DNA of 64,000 bases. It comes from Malacoraja senta (Eukaryota). Made by a program: the position numbers and the translations under genes. Under the pieces are notes generated by a model. That model did not search any database. It was not told the DNA's origin and worked only from the letters and a program-made list of their open reading frames with translations. Location of the stretch: assembly GCA_038087875.1 (NCBI GenBank), contig JAXLNO010001541.1, forward strand, positions 1 to 64,000, given 5' to 3'. Shown piece by piece: positions 11,792 to 26,300 of the stretch (its first letter is position 1; the number at the start of each line of letters is the position of its first letter).

Positions 11792-12787
11792 CTGGGAGAA
11801 ATCACAATTATTATGTCATCGTTCCCTGATGGAGCAGCTTGCCACTGAAGTATTTTGTGCTCATCTCCACCGAATGATATGCCGGTCCCATCAACATCAG
11901 GGAGATTTATCTACATTGGTGCAGGAATGAAGCTTCCTATTGATCCCACAAGGAAACCTTGCTAAACAATGTGAATTAACAAGTTGACTTTTACATTATT
12001 TGACACTTTTGTGATCATTGAACCTGTTACCAGCTATTTACTGAATCAAATGTATAAAATTCCCTCTGAGGAGAGGCAAATCAAGCTAATGTTTGAGGTC
12101 AAAATGTTCAGTTCAGTTTAGTTTATTGTCACGTGTACCGAGGTACAGTGAAAAGCTTGTGTTGCGTACTAACCAATCAGCGGAAAGTTCTTCACTTTAT
12201 ATTATAAATTAGAAGCAGCGGCATTATGTTATTTAGTCGCGAATGGTCCGGAGTAGGATGAAGAAAGGTCTCGACCCGAAACCTCACCTCCCCATGTCCT
12301 CCAGGGATGTTGCCTGACCTGCTGAGTTACTCCAGCACTTTGTGTCCTTTCATTTAGTCACAACTGTTTAAATGCAGTTTGTATCCATGAGGTGTAACTA
12401 AACTCTCCTGCTGCTTTGTCAGAATGTTGTGTGTTGCAGCCGGCCTGTCCCAGAGGCTGCTACACATTGCCCAGACTGACTGTTGCCACGCTGGGGCAGG
12501 GAGAGAGCTGCTCTGCTGGACACTCTGTCACAGCTGAGGCACCCACTCACATTAAGTACAAAGGCAGAGGGAAAGACCGTTTTGAAGAAGAGTATCGTGG
12601 ATCTCCACCGTGTCTGGCCTGTCGACTGGCTTGGATTGCCCTCGTTACTAAAGCAATGTCAAAGATACAATTATTTCTGTGGCCAGACTCAATTACAAGC
12701 CCATAACAGGACTGCACTGTGTTACAGTGTTGCCCATGTGTGGTACAGTTTACAATGTGGAGAATGGAGTGAATCCCAGGAGCCTAC

Positions 12788-13105
12788 CTTGGATGTTCTT
12801 CACATCCTTCGTGATGATGGTGTTGGAGGCGCGATGATACACTGTACAATTGAAGCGTGAGCCTGACTTCCAATCCTCTGTACTCATGGTCAGGAAGTGG
12901 CTGGCACTGAAAGTGCCCCCCTGCTCCAGAGCAGTTGGTGCAGCACTGGTGTTGTTGGAGATCAGGGCACCGTCTTTACTCCAAGTGACGGTGATGAGGT
13001 CTGGGTAGAATCCAGAGACCACACACTCGAGGGTGACCTTGTGGCTACGCTTGGTCTCTTCGTGTGTTGGAAGCAGCAGTCTGACTTCAGGTTTTTTGGC
13101 CTCAA
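12788..13105 (-). CDS. IgW: IgW CH4-like constant exon, open (tandem copy)
   Basis: Matches 5596-5913 at +7192 with splice sites intact. Confidence 0.88.
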
Positions 13106-13649
13106 CTGGAACAGAGGAAAATAAATGTTAAACTCTCTCATAGTCATAGAGTGATACAGTGTGGAAACAGGCCCTTCAGCCCAACTTGCCCACCCTGGCC
13201 AACATGTCCCAGTTACATTAGTCTCATCTGCCGTGTTTGGTCCCCATCCCTCCAAACCTGTCCCTGTCTGTTTTTTTTATGTTAGGATAGTCCCTGCCTC
13301 AACTACCTGCTCTGGCAGCTTGTTTCATACATCCTCTAACCTTTGCGTGAAAAAGTTACCCCTCAGATTCCTATTAAATCTTTCCCCCTTCACCTTAAAC
13401 CTATGTCCTCTGGTGCTCAATTCACCTACTCTGGGCAAGAGACTCTGTGCATCTATCCAATCTATTTCTCTCATGATTTTATACACCTCAATAAGATATT
13501 CCCTCATCCTCCTACGCTCCAAGGAATAGAGTCCCAGCCCTCTCAACCTCTCCCTATAGCTCTCTAGCCCTGGCAACATCCTTGTAAATCCCCTCTGTAC
13601 CCTCTCTCTCTCTCTGTCACAGCCATTTAATCACTGATCTGTTGCCCAC

Positions 13650-13747
13650 CTTTGTTATGGTTGGTCCGCGCTGACACTGTTGAGGATGATGAAGATTGTT
13701 GGGCGAAGCACACAAACTCCACCCCGCTGGTCCACTCCTCCACGCTG
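13650..13747 (-). pseudogene. IgW: 5'-deleted CH3-like exon remnant (tandem copy)
   Basis: Matches 6458-6555 at +7192. Confidence 0.8.
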
Positions 13748-16700
13748 GGTTATAAAGTGAAAGGCAGAAGAATCATTGTGAACGCCAGTGTATGGAGCAG
13801 GACAGAGAAAGCGAGAGACAAGGAGGTAGATGGAATGAAGGAGTGTAAAGGCAGTGTGAGTGGGCTGGGTGTGGTATGTAGTATTAACACTGGTCTGTAT
13901 TGTTGGCCTCTCTGTATTGTGGTTCAGTAGGGATACACTGGCACAATGTTCCAGTGAATGATGTCATTCAGTAGTTGGGTCTCTGATCTGGAGACCGTGT
14001 TCCCACCACACCACAACGGTGAGGAGTTTAAATTCAGTTCATTAAATTTGTGCAATTAAAGGCCTGTGTCTGTAGTTGTGACATTGGGAAAGATATTGTT
14101 TATGAAGGAACTGCAGATTCTGGAAAAACCGAAGGTAGACAAAAATGCTGGAGAAACTCATCGGGTGAGGCAGCATCTATGGAGCGAAGGAATAGGTGAC
14201 CTTTTGGGTTGAGACCCTTCTTCAGACTGATGTAGGGTGGGGGGGTGTGGGCGGGGCAGGAAGAAGAAGAAAGGAAGAGGCGGAGACAGTGGGCTGTGGG
14301 AGAGCTGGGAAGGGGTGGAAAGAGGGAGAAAGCAAGGAATACCTGAAATTGGAGAAATCAATGTTCATACCGCTATTTCAGGTAGTCCTTGCTTTCTCCC
14401 TCTTTCCCCTCCTCTTCCCAGCTCTCCCACAGCCCACTGTCTCCGTCTCTTCCTTTCTTCTTACCCCCACCCACACATCAGTCTGAAGAAGGGTCTCGAC
14501 CCGAAACGTCACCTATTCCTTCGCTCCATAGATGCTGCCTCACCCACTGAGTTTCTCCAGCATTTATGTCTACCATTGGTGTCTAAACCCATGACTGTAA
14601 GCTTCAGGGAAGAGCATCTGGTGACTTTACCTGGTCTCGTTATGTGACTCCAGGCCCCCAGTCATGTAGCCGACCGTTATCAGCTCTGAAATGGCCCAGG
14701 GAAACATCCAGTTCAAAGGCGGTTGCGGACAGGAAACAAATGTTAGTTCACTTCACTTGCACCTCCTCCAACCTCATCAACCTCAAGGTGTGGACTCTTA
14801 CACATCTGCGAGACCAAACGTAGACTGGGCAATAGTTTCGCTGAAAACCTTCGCTCAGTCTGCCTGGACCAACCAGAACTCCCGGTTGCTAAACACTTTA
14901 ATTCCCCGCCCCATTCCCACATTGACCTTTCTGTCCTGGGCCTCCTCCACTGTCAGAGTGAGATGAAACACAAATTGGAGGAACAGCGTCTCATATTTCA
15001 CTTGGACAGCTTACAACCCAGCAGTATGAATATTGATTTCATGAATTGTTTCCATGTCCCAGCTACACTAGTCCCACCTGCCTGTGTTTGGCCCACATCC
15101 TTCCAACCATGTACTATCAATGTACCTGTCCAACTGTTTCTTAAATATTGGGATAGTCCCAGCCACAACTACCTCCTCCCGCAGCTCATTCCATACACCC
15201 ACCACCCTCTGTGTGGAAAGGTTACCCCTCAGATTCCAATTCAATCTTTTCCCCTTCACCTTGAACCTATGTCCTCTGGTCCTCGATTCCCCTACTCTGG
15301 GCAAAGGACTTTGTGCATCTACCCTATCTATTCCTCTCATGATTTTGTACACCTCTATAAGGTCACCGAGGTGCAGGAGTAGGCCATTCGGCCCTTCGAG
15401 TCAGCACCGCCATTCAATGTGATCATGGCTGATCATCCACAATCAGGAGCCCGTTCCAGCCTCCTCCCCATATCCCCTGACTCCGCTATCTTTAAGACCC
15501 CAATCTAGCTCTCTCTTGAAAGTATCCAGAGAACCTGACTCCACCGCCCTCTGAGGCAGTGAATTCGCACAAGACCTCTCAACTTCTATACTCAATACTC
15601 AGACTGATGAAACCCAATGTGTCAAAAGTATTTTTGACCACCCTATCTACCTGCGACTCCACCTTCAAGGAACCATGCACCTGTACTCCTAGATCCCTCT
15701 GCTCTACAACACTCCCCGGAGGCCTACCATTGTCTGGTCATGTCCCCAATGTCTTTTCCCCGAGGTGTGTTCCTCCAATACCCGGCCCCGTGGGATTTCC
15801 TGCAATGTCTGGCCCTCGGACTTACGCCTTTTGGATCAGGTGCTGGTGTTGACTCTTCAGTATCTGTTGTATCCTATTTTGAACCTGTCCATGTACTCCT
15901 CTCCTGATGCGTTTTAGCCCAGTATCTGGTGTATTTGGTGCACTCATAGAGTCATAGATTAATACAGTGTGGAAACAGGCCCTTCGGCCCAACACGCCCA
16001 CACCGGCCATCAATGTCCCAGCTACTCTAGTCCCACTTGCCTGCACTTGGTCCATATTCCTCCAAACATGTCATCTTGGGGAACGGCTGCTAACCAGCAG
16101 CCGTCCGTTAATTTCACTTTTTGCTTTAGTTTTTAGTTAACTATGTCTGTCTTTCCTGGGGAATTTGACTTTTCTTGTGGGGGGGCAATGGGGAAAACTA
16201 TTTTTAGGTCCCTACCTGGTCGGTGAGGCGGCTTTTTCTCCAGGCTGCCCGGTCGACCCGTCCTTGCGTCCTACCAGCGATCCTGGAGCGGCGTTTCCTG
16301 GCGGGGACCGCCTCGCACCTTCAGCTTTGGTGGCGGCACAGCGCTGGAGCGCTATCGCGGAGCGGAGCGGGCGATGCCTTGCCTGGGTCGCCGCGCTGGA
16401 TCGACGCACTGGAGCTCCGGTGAGCTGCGACCGCCGAGCTCAACACCTTCGGGCTGCGGGACTTGCGGAGCGACCAGCCTTGGGCGGCGGCGCCGACTCC
16501 AACATCGGGAGCCTCTGAGCTCCAAATCGGCGCGGCCTTGTTGGCTTCAGGTGCCACGGACTCCAATAGGAGATTAGCTGTTCCAGCCGCTGCGAGGACT
16601 CTCCCGACACCGGGGCAACTGCACCCGGCGAGAACGGCCAGGAACATCGGGCCTCCGTAGAGGCAACTGTGGAGGCCTCAATATGCCGTCTTTGGGAGAA

Positions 16701-18149
16701 CTGGGGTTGGGGACTGGACATTGTGCCTTCCCCCACAGTGGTAATCATTGTGGGGGATGATTTTTGTGTGTGTGTAAATGTTAATTGATTGTTTTACTTA
16801 ATGTCCAAGATGGCTGCCGGAAGGGGGAGTGGACGCTGGCGCGTATTAGCAACCGCTGCTCTCTCTTCCATACTGTGTTTTTGATTTTTGTGTTCGGATT
16901 GAATTCTGTTTTTATTTGTGTACTTGTGATGTCTTTACTATTTATTTTTTTCTGCTTACATGTTTCTACTGTAAAATCTGTAAGGTGTCCTTGAGATTTG
17001 AAAGACGCCCATAAATAAAATGTATTATTAATATTATTATTATTACCTGTCCAACTGTTTCTTAAACGATGGACTACCTCCTCTGGCAGCTTGTTCAATA
17101 CACCCACCACCCTCTGTGTGAAAAATGTACCCCTCGGATTTCTTTTAAATCTTTTCCCCTTAACCTTGAACCTATGTCCACTGGTCCTCGATTCCCCTAC
17201 TCTGGGTAAAAGACTCTGTGCATCTACCCGATCTATTCCTCTTATGATTTTGTACACCTCTATAAGATCACACCTCATCCTCCTATGCTCCATAGAATAG
17301 AGACCGAGCCTACTCAACCTCTCCCTGTAGCTCACACCCTCGAGTCCTGGCAACATCCTCGTAAAAATCCTGGCAACATCCTCAGCTGAAGTCCCTAAAG
17401 TGATGAGTAGTGATGATTAACTCCAAACATTTCATGTTCTTGTTATTTTCTTTTATTTATGTATCAAATTTCAAATGAAAACATGCAGTTCAGCAGAAAA
17501 ATTAAAAACAAGCTGCAGACAATGTGTTAAACAACATCTGCTTTACAAAACCTGATTGAGCAAGTCCCCAAGCATCGGCCCCCCCTCCACCACATTGTTT
17601 CCTGTTCCTACTCCCCTCCCCATGTCCCCTTCTTGCTCCACAATATCAGCGCATCCCTCCCCCTCCCACACTCCCCTCTCCTTCACTCATCACATTCCCA
17701 TCCCCTGCTCCCCTTTCCCAAACATTAATCCTGCCTTCCTCTCCCACTCCTGAATGCCACCCACTCCAGTGTCTAATACCCTGACATTTTCCCACTGTCA
17801 TGTCCTATCCTGTCATTCCCTCCCCCCCCCCCCTCAGTCCCAACCGGTTTCTTCCCCAGCATCCCCAGTGCATTTCCAAGTTTATCTCCTGAAATGAGCG
17901 TTTGCAGTGCAGTAGCCTCGGATTGCCGAGTGAGTGAGTGAAAGACAGGGAGACTCCATTTGCCAACGGCAGCAGCTGCATGGCGATCTCTTGAGTGAAT
18001 GTGGCGTGTGTGTCGGCTGGTCATTGCTGCACCTGTAATATACACAGGAAAGTCAGACATTGTGTGTGGCAAGGTGCAGCACAGATGGTGATCTGTAGGG
18101 ACAGGCAAACTAAATAACAGAGTTCACTGCACCACCTGCTGCAGTGAAC

Positions 18150-18540
18150 TCTGGGCTGGGGTCAGGGGTCACAGTGTGGGGTCAGAGGTCAGAGGGTGGG
18201 AGTCAGTGGTCAAAAGGTCACACCAGCACTTCCCCGACCTCAGGCCCGTCCTGCGCTGACCTCAGGGTCAGGGGTCAGCTGAGGGGAGTTAGAGGGCGGG
18301 TGGTCAGAGTGAATGGCTTCCCCGAGATCACGACCACCCTGGTATCCTGAACTAGGCCAGAGTCAGAGGTGAAGTGGTGGGGGTCAAGGTTAAAAGGCTG
18401 GGCTTCCCTGACTGGTCAGGTGTCAGTCTGAATGTGAAAGGTCAGGGGTCAGCAGGTGTTACAGTGAGTATGGGGTGGTTTCGGGGTTGAGGGTCGCTGC
18501 CGAGGTGAGAGGTCATTGTGGGGGAGGGGCAGTTGTAACC
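18150..18540 (+). repeat. G-rich degenerate GGTCA repeat tract; paralog at ~25545-25935
   Basis: About 15-20 GGTCA/GTCA motifs (ggggtca, gaggtca, aaggtca) with strong G strand bias. Confidence 0.65.
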
Positions 18541-19241
18541 GGTTCCACTGAGGAATAAAGGCCATTCACCCATCAGCTGTCTACTGTCTCCTTCACACTC
18601 GCTCCACCAAGCCGACCTTACTCTTCAAAGCTGAGCAACCATTTCTTAACAAGCAACACCAACTGCAAAGTCCATGCAGATTCAGATTCCATGGAAAGGT
18701 CATAAGAGATGGGAGCTGAATTAGGCCATTCGGCCCATCAAGTCTACTCCGTCATTCAATCACGGCTGGTCTATCTTTCCCTTTCAACACCATTCTCCTG
18801 CCTACTCCTCATAACCCCTGACATCCGTTCTAATCAAGAATTTATTTATCTCTGCCTTAAAAATGCCGTTGACTTGGCCTCCATGGCCGTCTGTGGCAAT
18901 GAGTCCCACAGATTCACCACCCTCTGACTAAATAAATTCCTCCTCATCTCCTTCCTAAAGGAACGTCCTTTCACTATCTTCCACTAGTGGAAACATTGCG
19001 AAAGTGGCCTTTCACAAAGTAATGTAAATTTATTAAAGACGGATCAAACAAAGTTAGACATAAAAATCTGGGATATCTCAGAGGGACAGGAAGTATCTTT
19101 GGAGAGAAGGAATGGGGGATGTTTCAGGTCGAGACCCTTCCTCAGACAATCGGGAGAGGGTCTCGACCTGAAATATCACCCATTCCAGAGATGCTACCTG
19201 TCCTGCTGGGTTACTCCAGCATTTTGTGTCAATCTTCGGTG

Positions 19242-20390
19242 CCCTGAGCTGGTTCAACTACTACCTCAAAGGTAGGAGTTTCTCGACTAACATAGGCAAC
19301 ACTTTCTCCTCCCCAGCTAATCTCTGCTGTGGGGTTCCACAAGGTTCCATCCTTGGCCCCATTCTCTTCTCCCTGTATATGCTCCCCTTAGGCCAAGTCA
19401 TTGAAAGGCACGGCATTTCCTTCCATTGCTACGCAGACGATACACAACTCTATCTCCCCCCGAAGCCCAAAAAACAATCAAATCTGCTTAACCTTACCCA
19501 CTGCCTCGAGGATATAAAGTGTTGGATGGCCCAGAACTTCCTCCAACTAAACGAGAGTAAGTCTGAGGTCATCCTTCTCGGCCCCTCGGATTCAATCAAA
19601 ATGATAGCAGGCAGCCTTGGAAGCCTTACCCCACTACTCAAACCTCACGTCAAAAACCTTGCCGTGATATTTGACTCAGCACTGAAATTTGACAAACAAG
19701 TCAATTCCGTGGTAAAAGGTAGCTTCTTTCAGCTTCGGACGATAGCTAAAATAAAACAATTCCTCCAGTTTGATGACCTTGAAAAGATCATCCACACATT
19801 CATCTCCTCCCGCCTAGATTACTGCAACTCCCTTTACACTGGCATCAGCCAATCTTCCCTGTCCCGCCTGCAACTGGTCCAAAACGCCGCAGCGAGACTC
19901 CTGACGGGCACCCGAAAAAGGGACCACATCACCCTGATCCTGGCCTCTCTCCACTGGCTCCCTGTGCGGTTCCGTACAAACTTCAAGATCCTCCTCCATG
20001 TCTACAAAGCCCTCAATGGGCTTGCCCCCACCTACATAAAAAGTCTTCTCACCCACCACTCCACCTCCAGGCCCCTCAGATCGGCCGACTTGGGGTTGCT
20101 GAATATCCCACGGTCTAGGCATAAGCTCAGGGGTGACCGCACCTTTGCGGTTGCAGCCCCTAGACTGTGGAACAGCATCCCCTTTCCCATCAGAACTGCC
20201 CCCTCCATCGACTCTTTTAAGTCAAGACTAAAATCTTATCCTGATGTCCTCTGAGTGAGCGCTACATGTATATATGTATGTAGTTTGTTTTGTTTATGCT
20301 ATTCTTATAACAAATGTAAAGCACTTTGGCCAACGAGAGTTGTTTTTTAAATGTGCTATATAAATAAATGTGACTTGACTTGACTTGACT
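19242..20390 (+). mobile_element. 5'-truncated L2-clade LINE (RT C-terminal part plus 3' tail)
   Basis: 342-aa ORF with GVPQGSILGP and CYADDTQLY; tail aataaatg(tgact)n. The paralog near 26635 is the empty site (ttcagtg|taaacc). Confidence 0.92.
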
Positions 20391-23300
20391 AAACCAACAT
20401 CTTCAGCTCACATTGCCCAGAGCAAACAAACATAATTGGTGCCCTCCCCTAATTCCCCATTTGATGGTGCCCTCCTCTAATTCACCATTGTAGGGAAACA
20501 GGCCCTTCTGCCCTCCAAGTGCACGCTGACCATAGTTTTTGTAAATTGCACTGGTGTGCAGGGAATAGATAAGAAAGGGGAATAACCTAGTTAGCTTGAG
20601 TTAACGTACACCCGTTGAGTTAAAGTCACCCGTTGGCTGACTTTCTTAACTCCAAAAGTGATTGTCGAGCATACTGAATGTGTGAAAGAACAATATGTAC
20701 AAAAAGAACAAATAATAAAAATAAAATACACACAAGTTTGCTGTATTTCACACAATACACACACGTCGTTACAGGGAGAACCTGCAAACTTCACAGACAG
20801 CACCTGAGGTCAGGATCATACCCGAGTATATGACGCAGCAGCTCTACCTGCTGCACCACTGTGCCACCCTATTAAAGGGAAGTAAATATGGGCACTGACG
20901 GGATTTGAACCTGTGATCTTTGTTTACAAGATGTTAAAGTTGGCACAGTTGCCTTACCAAATTGCCACAGTTATAATCTGAATCAGCACAAATTATACCC
21001 AGTAGTTGTTTTAAAATTTGAAAAACATCCTCCCACCCCCACTCTCAGTCTGAAACATATAAAATAGGTGCAGGAGTAGGCCATTCTGCCCTTCGAGCCA
21101 GCACAGCCATTGAATATGATCATGGCTGATCATCTAAAATCAATACCCCGTTCCTGCTTTTTCCCCATAACCCTTGATTCCCTTAGCCCTAAGAGCTAAA
21201 TCTAACTCTCTCTTGAGAAGGGTCTTGACTCAAAACATCACCCTTTCTTTCTATCCAGAGACGCTGCCTGTCCCGGCGAGTTACTCCAGCATTTTGTGTC
21301 TATCTTCGGAGTAAAACAGATAGACTGCAGATGCTGGAAAAATCGAAGGTAGTCAAAAATGCTGGAGAAACTCAGTGGGTGAGGCAGCATCTATGGAGTG
21401 AAGGAATAGGTGACCTTTTGGGTTGAGACCCTTCTTCAGACTGATTTGGGGTGGGGGGGGTGTGGGCGGGGTGGGAAGAAGAAGAAAGGAAGAGGCGGAG
21501 ACAGTGGGCTGTGGGAGAGCTGGGAAGGGGAGTGGAAAGAGGGAGAAAGCAAGGAATACCTGAAATTGGAGAAATCAATGTTCATACCGCTATTTCAGGT
21601 AGTCCTTGCTTTCTCTCTCTTTCCCCTCATTTTCCCAGCTCTCCCACAGCCCACTGTCTCCGACTCTTTGTTTCTTCTTACCCCCACCCACACATCAGTC
21701 TGAGGAAGGGTCTCGACCCGAAACGTCACCTATTCCTTCGCTCCATAGATGCTGCCTCACCCACTGAGTTTCTCCAGCATTTTTGTCTACCATTGGTGTC
21801 TAAACCCATGACTGTAAGCTTCAGGGAAAAGCATTTGGTGACTTTACCTGGTCTCGTTATGTGACTCCAGGCCCCCAGTCATGTAGCCGACCCTTATCAG
21901 CTCTGAAATGGCCCAGGGAAACATCCAGTTCAAAAGCGGTTGTGGACGGGAAATAAATGTTAGTTCACTTCACTTGCACCTCCTCCAACCTCATCAACCT
22001 CAAGGTGTGGACTCTTACACATCTGCGAGACCAAACGTAGACTGGGTGATAGTTTCGCTGAAAACCTTCGCTCAGTCTGCCTGGACCAACCTGATCTCCC
22101 GGTTGCCAAACACTTTAATTCCCCATCGCATTCCCACATTGACCTTTCTGTCCTGGGCCCCCTCCACTGTCAGAGTGAGATGAAACACAAATTGGAGGAA
22201 CAGCGTCTCATATTTCACTTGGACAGCTTACAACCCAGCAGTATGAATATTGATTTCATGAATTGTTTCCATGTCCCAGCTACACTAGTCCCACCTGCCT
22301 GTGTTTGGCCCACATCCTTCCAACCCTGTCCTATCAATGTACCTGTCCAACTGTTTCTTAAATATTGGGATAGTCCGAGCCACAACTACCTCCTCCCGCA
22401 GCTCATTCCATACAGCCACCACCCTCTATGTGGAAAAGTTACCCCTCAGATTCCAATTCAATCTTTTCCCCTTCACCTTGAACCTATGTCCTCTGGTCCT
22501 CGATTCCCCTACTCTGGGCAAAAGACTGTGCATCTACCCGATCTATTCCTCTCATGGTTTTGTACACCTCTATAAGGTCACCCCTCATCTTCCTGCGCTC
22601 CAAGGATTAGAGTCCCAGCATACTCAACCTTTCCCTATAGCCGACCCTGAAATCCTGGCAACATCCTCATGAATCTTCTCCGTACCCTTTCCAGCTTGTT
22701 GACATCTTCCCAATAACATGGGAAGAACTGAACACAATACTCTAAATGTGGTCCCATCAATGACTTATATAATAGACAATAGATAATAGGTGCAGGAGTA
22801 GGCCATTCGGCCCTTCGAGTCAGCACCGCCATTCAATGTGATCATGGCTGATCATCCACAATCAGGAGCCCGTTCCAGCCTCCTCCCCATATCCCCTGAC
22901 TCCACTATCTTTAAGAGCCCTATCTAGCTCTCTCTTGAAAGTATCCAGAGAACCTGCCTCCACCGCCCTCTGAGGCAGAGAATTCGCACATGACCTCTCA
23001 ACTTCTATACTCAATACTCAGACTGATGAAACCCAATGTGTCAAAAGTCTTTTTGACCACCCTATCTACCTGTGACTCCACCTTCAAGGAACCATGCACC
23101 TGTACTCCTAGATCCCTCTGCTCTACAACACTCCCCGGAGGCCTACCATTGTCTGGTCATGTCCCCAATGTCTTTTCCCCGAGGTGTGTTCCTCCAATAC
23201 CCGGCCCCGTGGGATTGCCTGCAATGTCTGGCCCTCGGACTTACGCCTTTTGGATCAGGTGCTGGTGTTGACTCTTCAGTATCTGTTGTATCCTGTTCTG

Positions 23301-26300
23301 AACCTGTCCATGTACTCCTCGCCTGATGCGTTTTTGCCCAATATCTGGTGTATTTGGTGCACTCATAGAGTCATAGATTAATACAGTGTGGAAACAGGCC
23401 CTTCAGCCCAACAGGCCCACACCGACCATCAATGTCCCAGCTACCCTAGTCCCACTTGCCTGCACTTGGTCCATATCCCTCCAAACCTGTCATCTTGGGG
23501 AACGGCTGCTAACCAGCAGCCGTCCGTTAATTTCACTATGTCTGTCTTTCCTGGGGAATTTGAATTTTCTTGTGGGGGGGGGTAATGGGGGAAACTATAT
23601 TTAGGTCCCTACCAGGTCGGTGAGGCGGATTTTTTTCCAGGCTGCCCCGTCGACCCGTCCTTGCGGCCTACCAGCGATCCTGGAGCGGCGTTTCCTGGCG
23701 GGGACCGCCTCGCACCTTCAGCTTTGGTGGCGGCACAGTGCTGGAGCGCTATCGCGGAGCGGAGCGGGCGATGCCTTGCCTGGGTCGCCGCGCTGGATCG
23801 ATGCGCTGGAGTTCCGGTGAGCTGCGACCGCCGAGCTCAACACCTCCGGGCTGCGGGACTTGCGGAGCGACCAGCCGCGGGCGGCGGCGCCGACTCCAAC
23901 ATCGGGAGCCTCTGAGCTCCAAATCGGCGCGGCCTTGTTGGCTTCAGGTGCCACGGACTCCAATAGGAGATTAGCTGTTCCAGCCGCTGCGAGGACTCTC
24001 CCGACACCGGGGCAACTGCACCCGGCGAGAACGGCCAGGAACATTGGGCCTCCGTAGAGGCAACTGTGGAGGCCTCAATATGCCGTCTTTGGGAGAACTG
24101 GGGTTGGGGACTGGACATTGTGCCTTCCCCCACAGTGGTAATCATTGTGGGGGATGATTTTTGTGTGTGTGTAAATGTTAATTGATTGTTTTACTTAATG
24201 TCCAAGATGGCTGCCGGAAGGGGGAGTGGACGCTGGCGCGTATTAGCAACCGCTGCTCTCTCTTCCATACTGTGTTTTTGATTTTTGTGTTCGGATTGAA
24301 TTCTGTTTTTATTTGTGTACTTGTGATGTCTTTACTATTTATTTTTTTCTGCTTACATGTTTCTACTGTAAAATCTGTAAGGTGTCCTTGAGATTTGAAA
24401 GGCGCCCATGAATAAAATGTATTCTTATTATTATTATTATTACCTGTCCAACTGTTTCTTAAACGATGGACTACCTCCTCTGGCAGCTTGTTCAATACAC
24501 CCACCACCCTCTATGTGAAAAATGTACCCCTCGGATTTCTTTTAAATCTTTTCCCCTTCACCTTGAACCCATGTCCACTGGTCCTCGATTCCCCTACTCT
24601 GGGTAAAAGACTCTGTGCATCTACCCGATCTATTCCTCTTATGATTTTGTACACCTCTATAAGATCACCCCTCATTCTCCTATGCTCCATAGAATAGAGA
24701 CCCAGCCTACTCAACCTCTCCCTGTAGCTCACACCCTCGAGTCCTGGCAACATCCTCGTAAAAATCCTGGCAACATCCTCAGCTGAAGTCCCTAAAGTGA
24801 TGAGTAGTGATGATTAACTCCAAACATTTCAAGTTCTTGATATTTTCTTTTATTTATGTATCTAATTTCAAATGAAAACGTGCAGTTCAGCAGAAAAATT
24901 AAGAACAAGCTGCAGACAATGAGTTAAACAACATCTGCTTTACAAAATCTGATTGAGCAAGTCCCCAAGCATCGGCCCCCCTTCCACCACATTGCTTCCT
25001 GTTCCTTCCCATGTCCCCTTCTTGCTCCACAATATCAGCGCACCCCTCCCCCTCCCACACTCCCCTCTCCTTCACTCATCACATTCCCATCCCCTGCTCC
25101 CCTTTCCCAAACATTAATTCTGCCTTCCTCTCCCACTCCTGAATGCCACCCACTCCAGTGTCTCATACCCTGACATTTTCCCACTGTAATGTCCTATCCT
25201 GTCATTCCCTCCCCCTCCCCCCATCCCTCAGTCCCAACCGGTTTCTTCCCCAGCATCCCCAGTGCATTTCCAAGTTTATCTGAAATGAGCGTTTGCAGTG
25301 CAGTAGCCTCGGATTGCCGAGTGAGTGAGTGAAAGACAGGGAGACTCCATTTGCCAACGGCAGCAGCTGCATGGCGATCTCTTGAGTGAATGTGGCGTGT
25401 GTGTCGGCTGGTCATTGCTGCACCTGTAATATACACAGGAAAGTCAGACATTGTGTGTGGCAAGGTGCAGCACAGATGGTGATCTGTAGGGACAGGCAAA
25501 CTAAATAACAGAGTTCACTGCACCACCTGCTGCAGTGAACTCTGGGCTGGGGTCAGGGCTCAGGGGTCACAGTGTGGGGTCAGAGGTCAGAGGGTGGGAG
25601 TCAGTAGTCAAAAGGTCACACCAGCACTTCCTCAACCTCAGGCCCGTCCTGCGCTGACCTCAGGGTCAGGGGTCAGCTGAGTGGAGTTAGAGGGCAGGGG
25701 TCAGAATGAATGGCTTCCCCGAGATCACGACGACCCTTGTATCCTGAACTAGGCCAGGGTCAGAGGTGAAGTGGTGGGGGTCAAGGTTAAAAGGCTGGGC
25801 TTACCCGACTGGTCAGGTGTCAGTCTGAATGTGAAAGGTCAGGGGTCAGCAGGTGTTGCAGTGAGTTTGGGGGGTGGTTTCGGGGTGAGGGTCACTGCCA
25901 AGGTGAGAGGTCAGTGCGGGGGAGGGGCAGTTGTAACAGGTTCCACTGAGGAAAAAGGCCATTCACCCATCAGCCGTCTACTGTCTCCTTCACACTGGCT
26001 CCGCCAAGCCGACCTTACTCTTCAAAGCTGAGCAACCATTTCTTAACAAGCAACACCAACTGCAAAGTCCATGCAGATTCAGATTCCACGGAAAGGTCGT
26101 AAGAGATAGGAGCTGAATTAGGCCATTCGGCCCATCAAGTCTACTCCGTAATTCAATCACGGCTGATCTATCTTTCCTTTCAACACCATTCTCCTGCCTA
26201 CTCCTCATAACCCCTGACATCCGTTCTAATCAAGAATTTATTTATCTCTGCCTTAATAAGGCCATTGACTTGGCCTCCATGGCGGTCTGTGGCAATGAGT

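Larger units (their letters stand above)
1..18026. repeat. Near-identical tandem array of a 7.19-kb unit (partial <1-3647, 3648-10837, 10838-18026) containing Ig C exons
   Basis: The ORF track repeats at offsets of 7185-7193 bp. The identical junction ggtcaTTGtggaacttg occurs at 3645-3647 and 10835-10837. The last copy runs on into ggtcattgctgcacc at 18026. Confidence 0.95.

Noticed and set aside
1-18026. CRISPR-like or satellite interpretation of the periodic repeats
   Set aside because: Units are 7.2-kb segmental duplications of eukaryotic intron-exon DNA, not short repeats with unique spacers.
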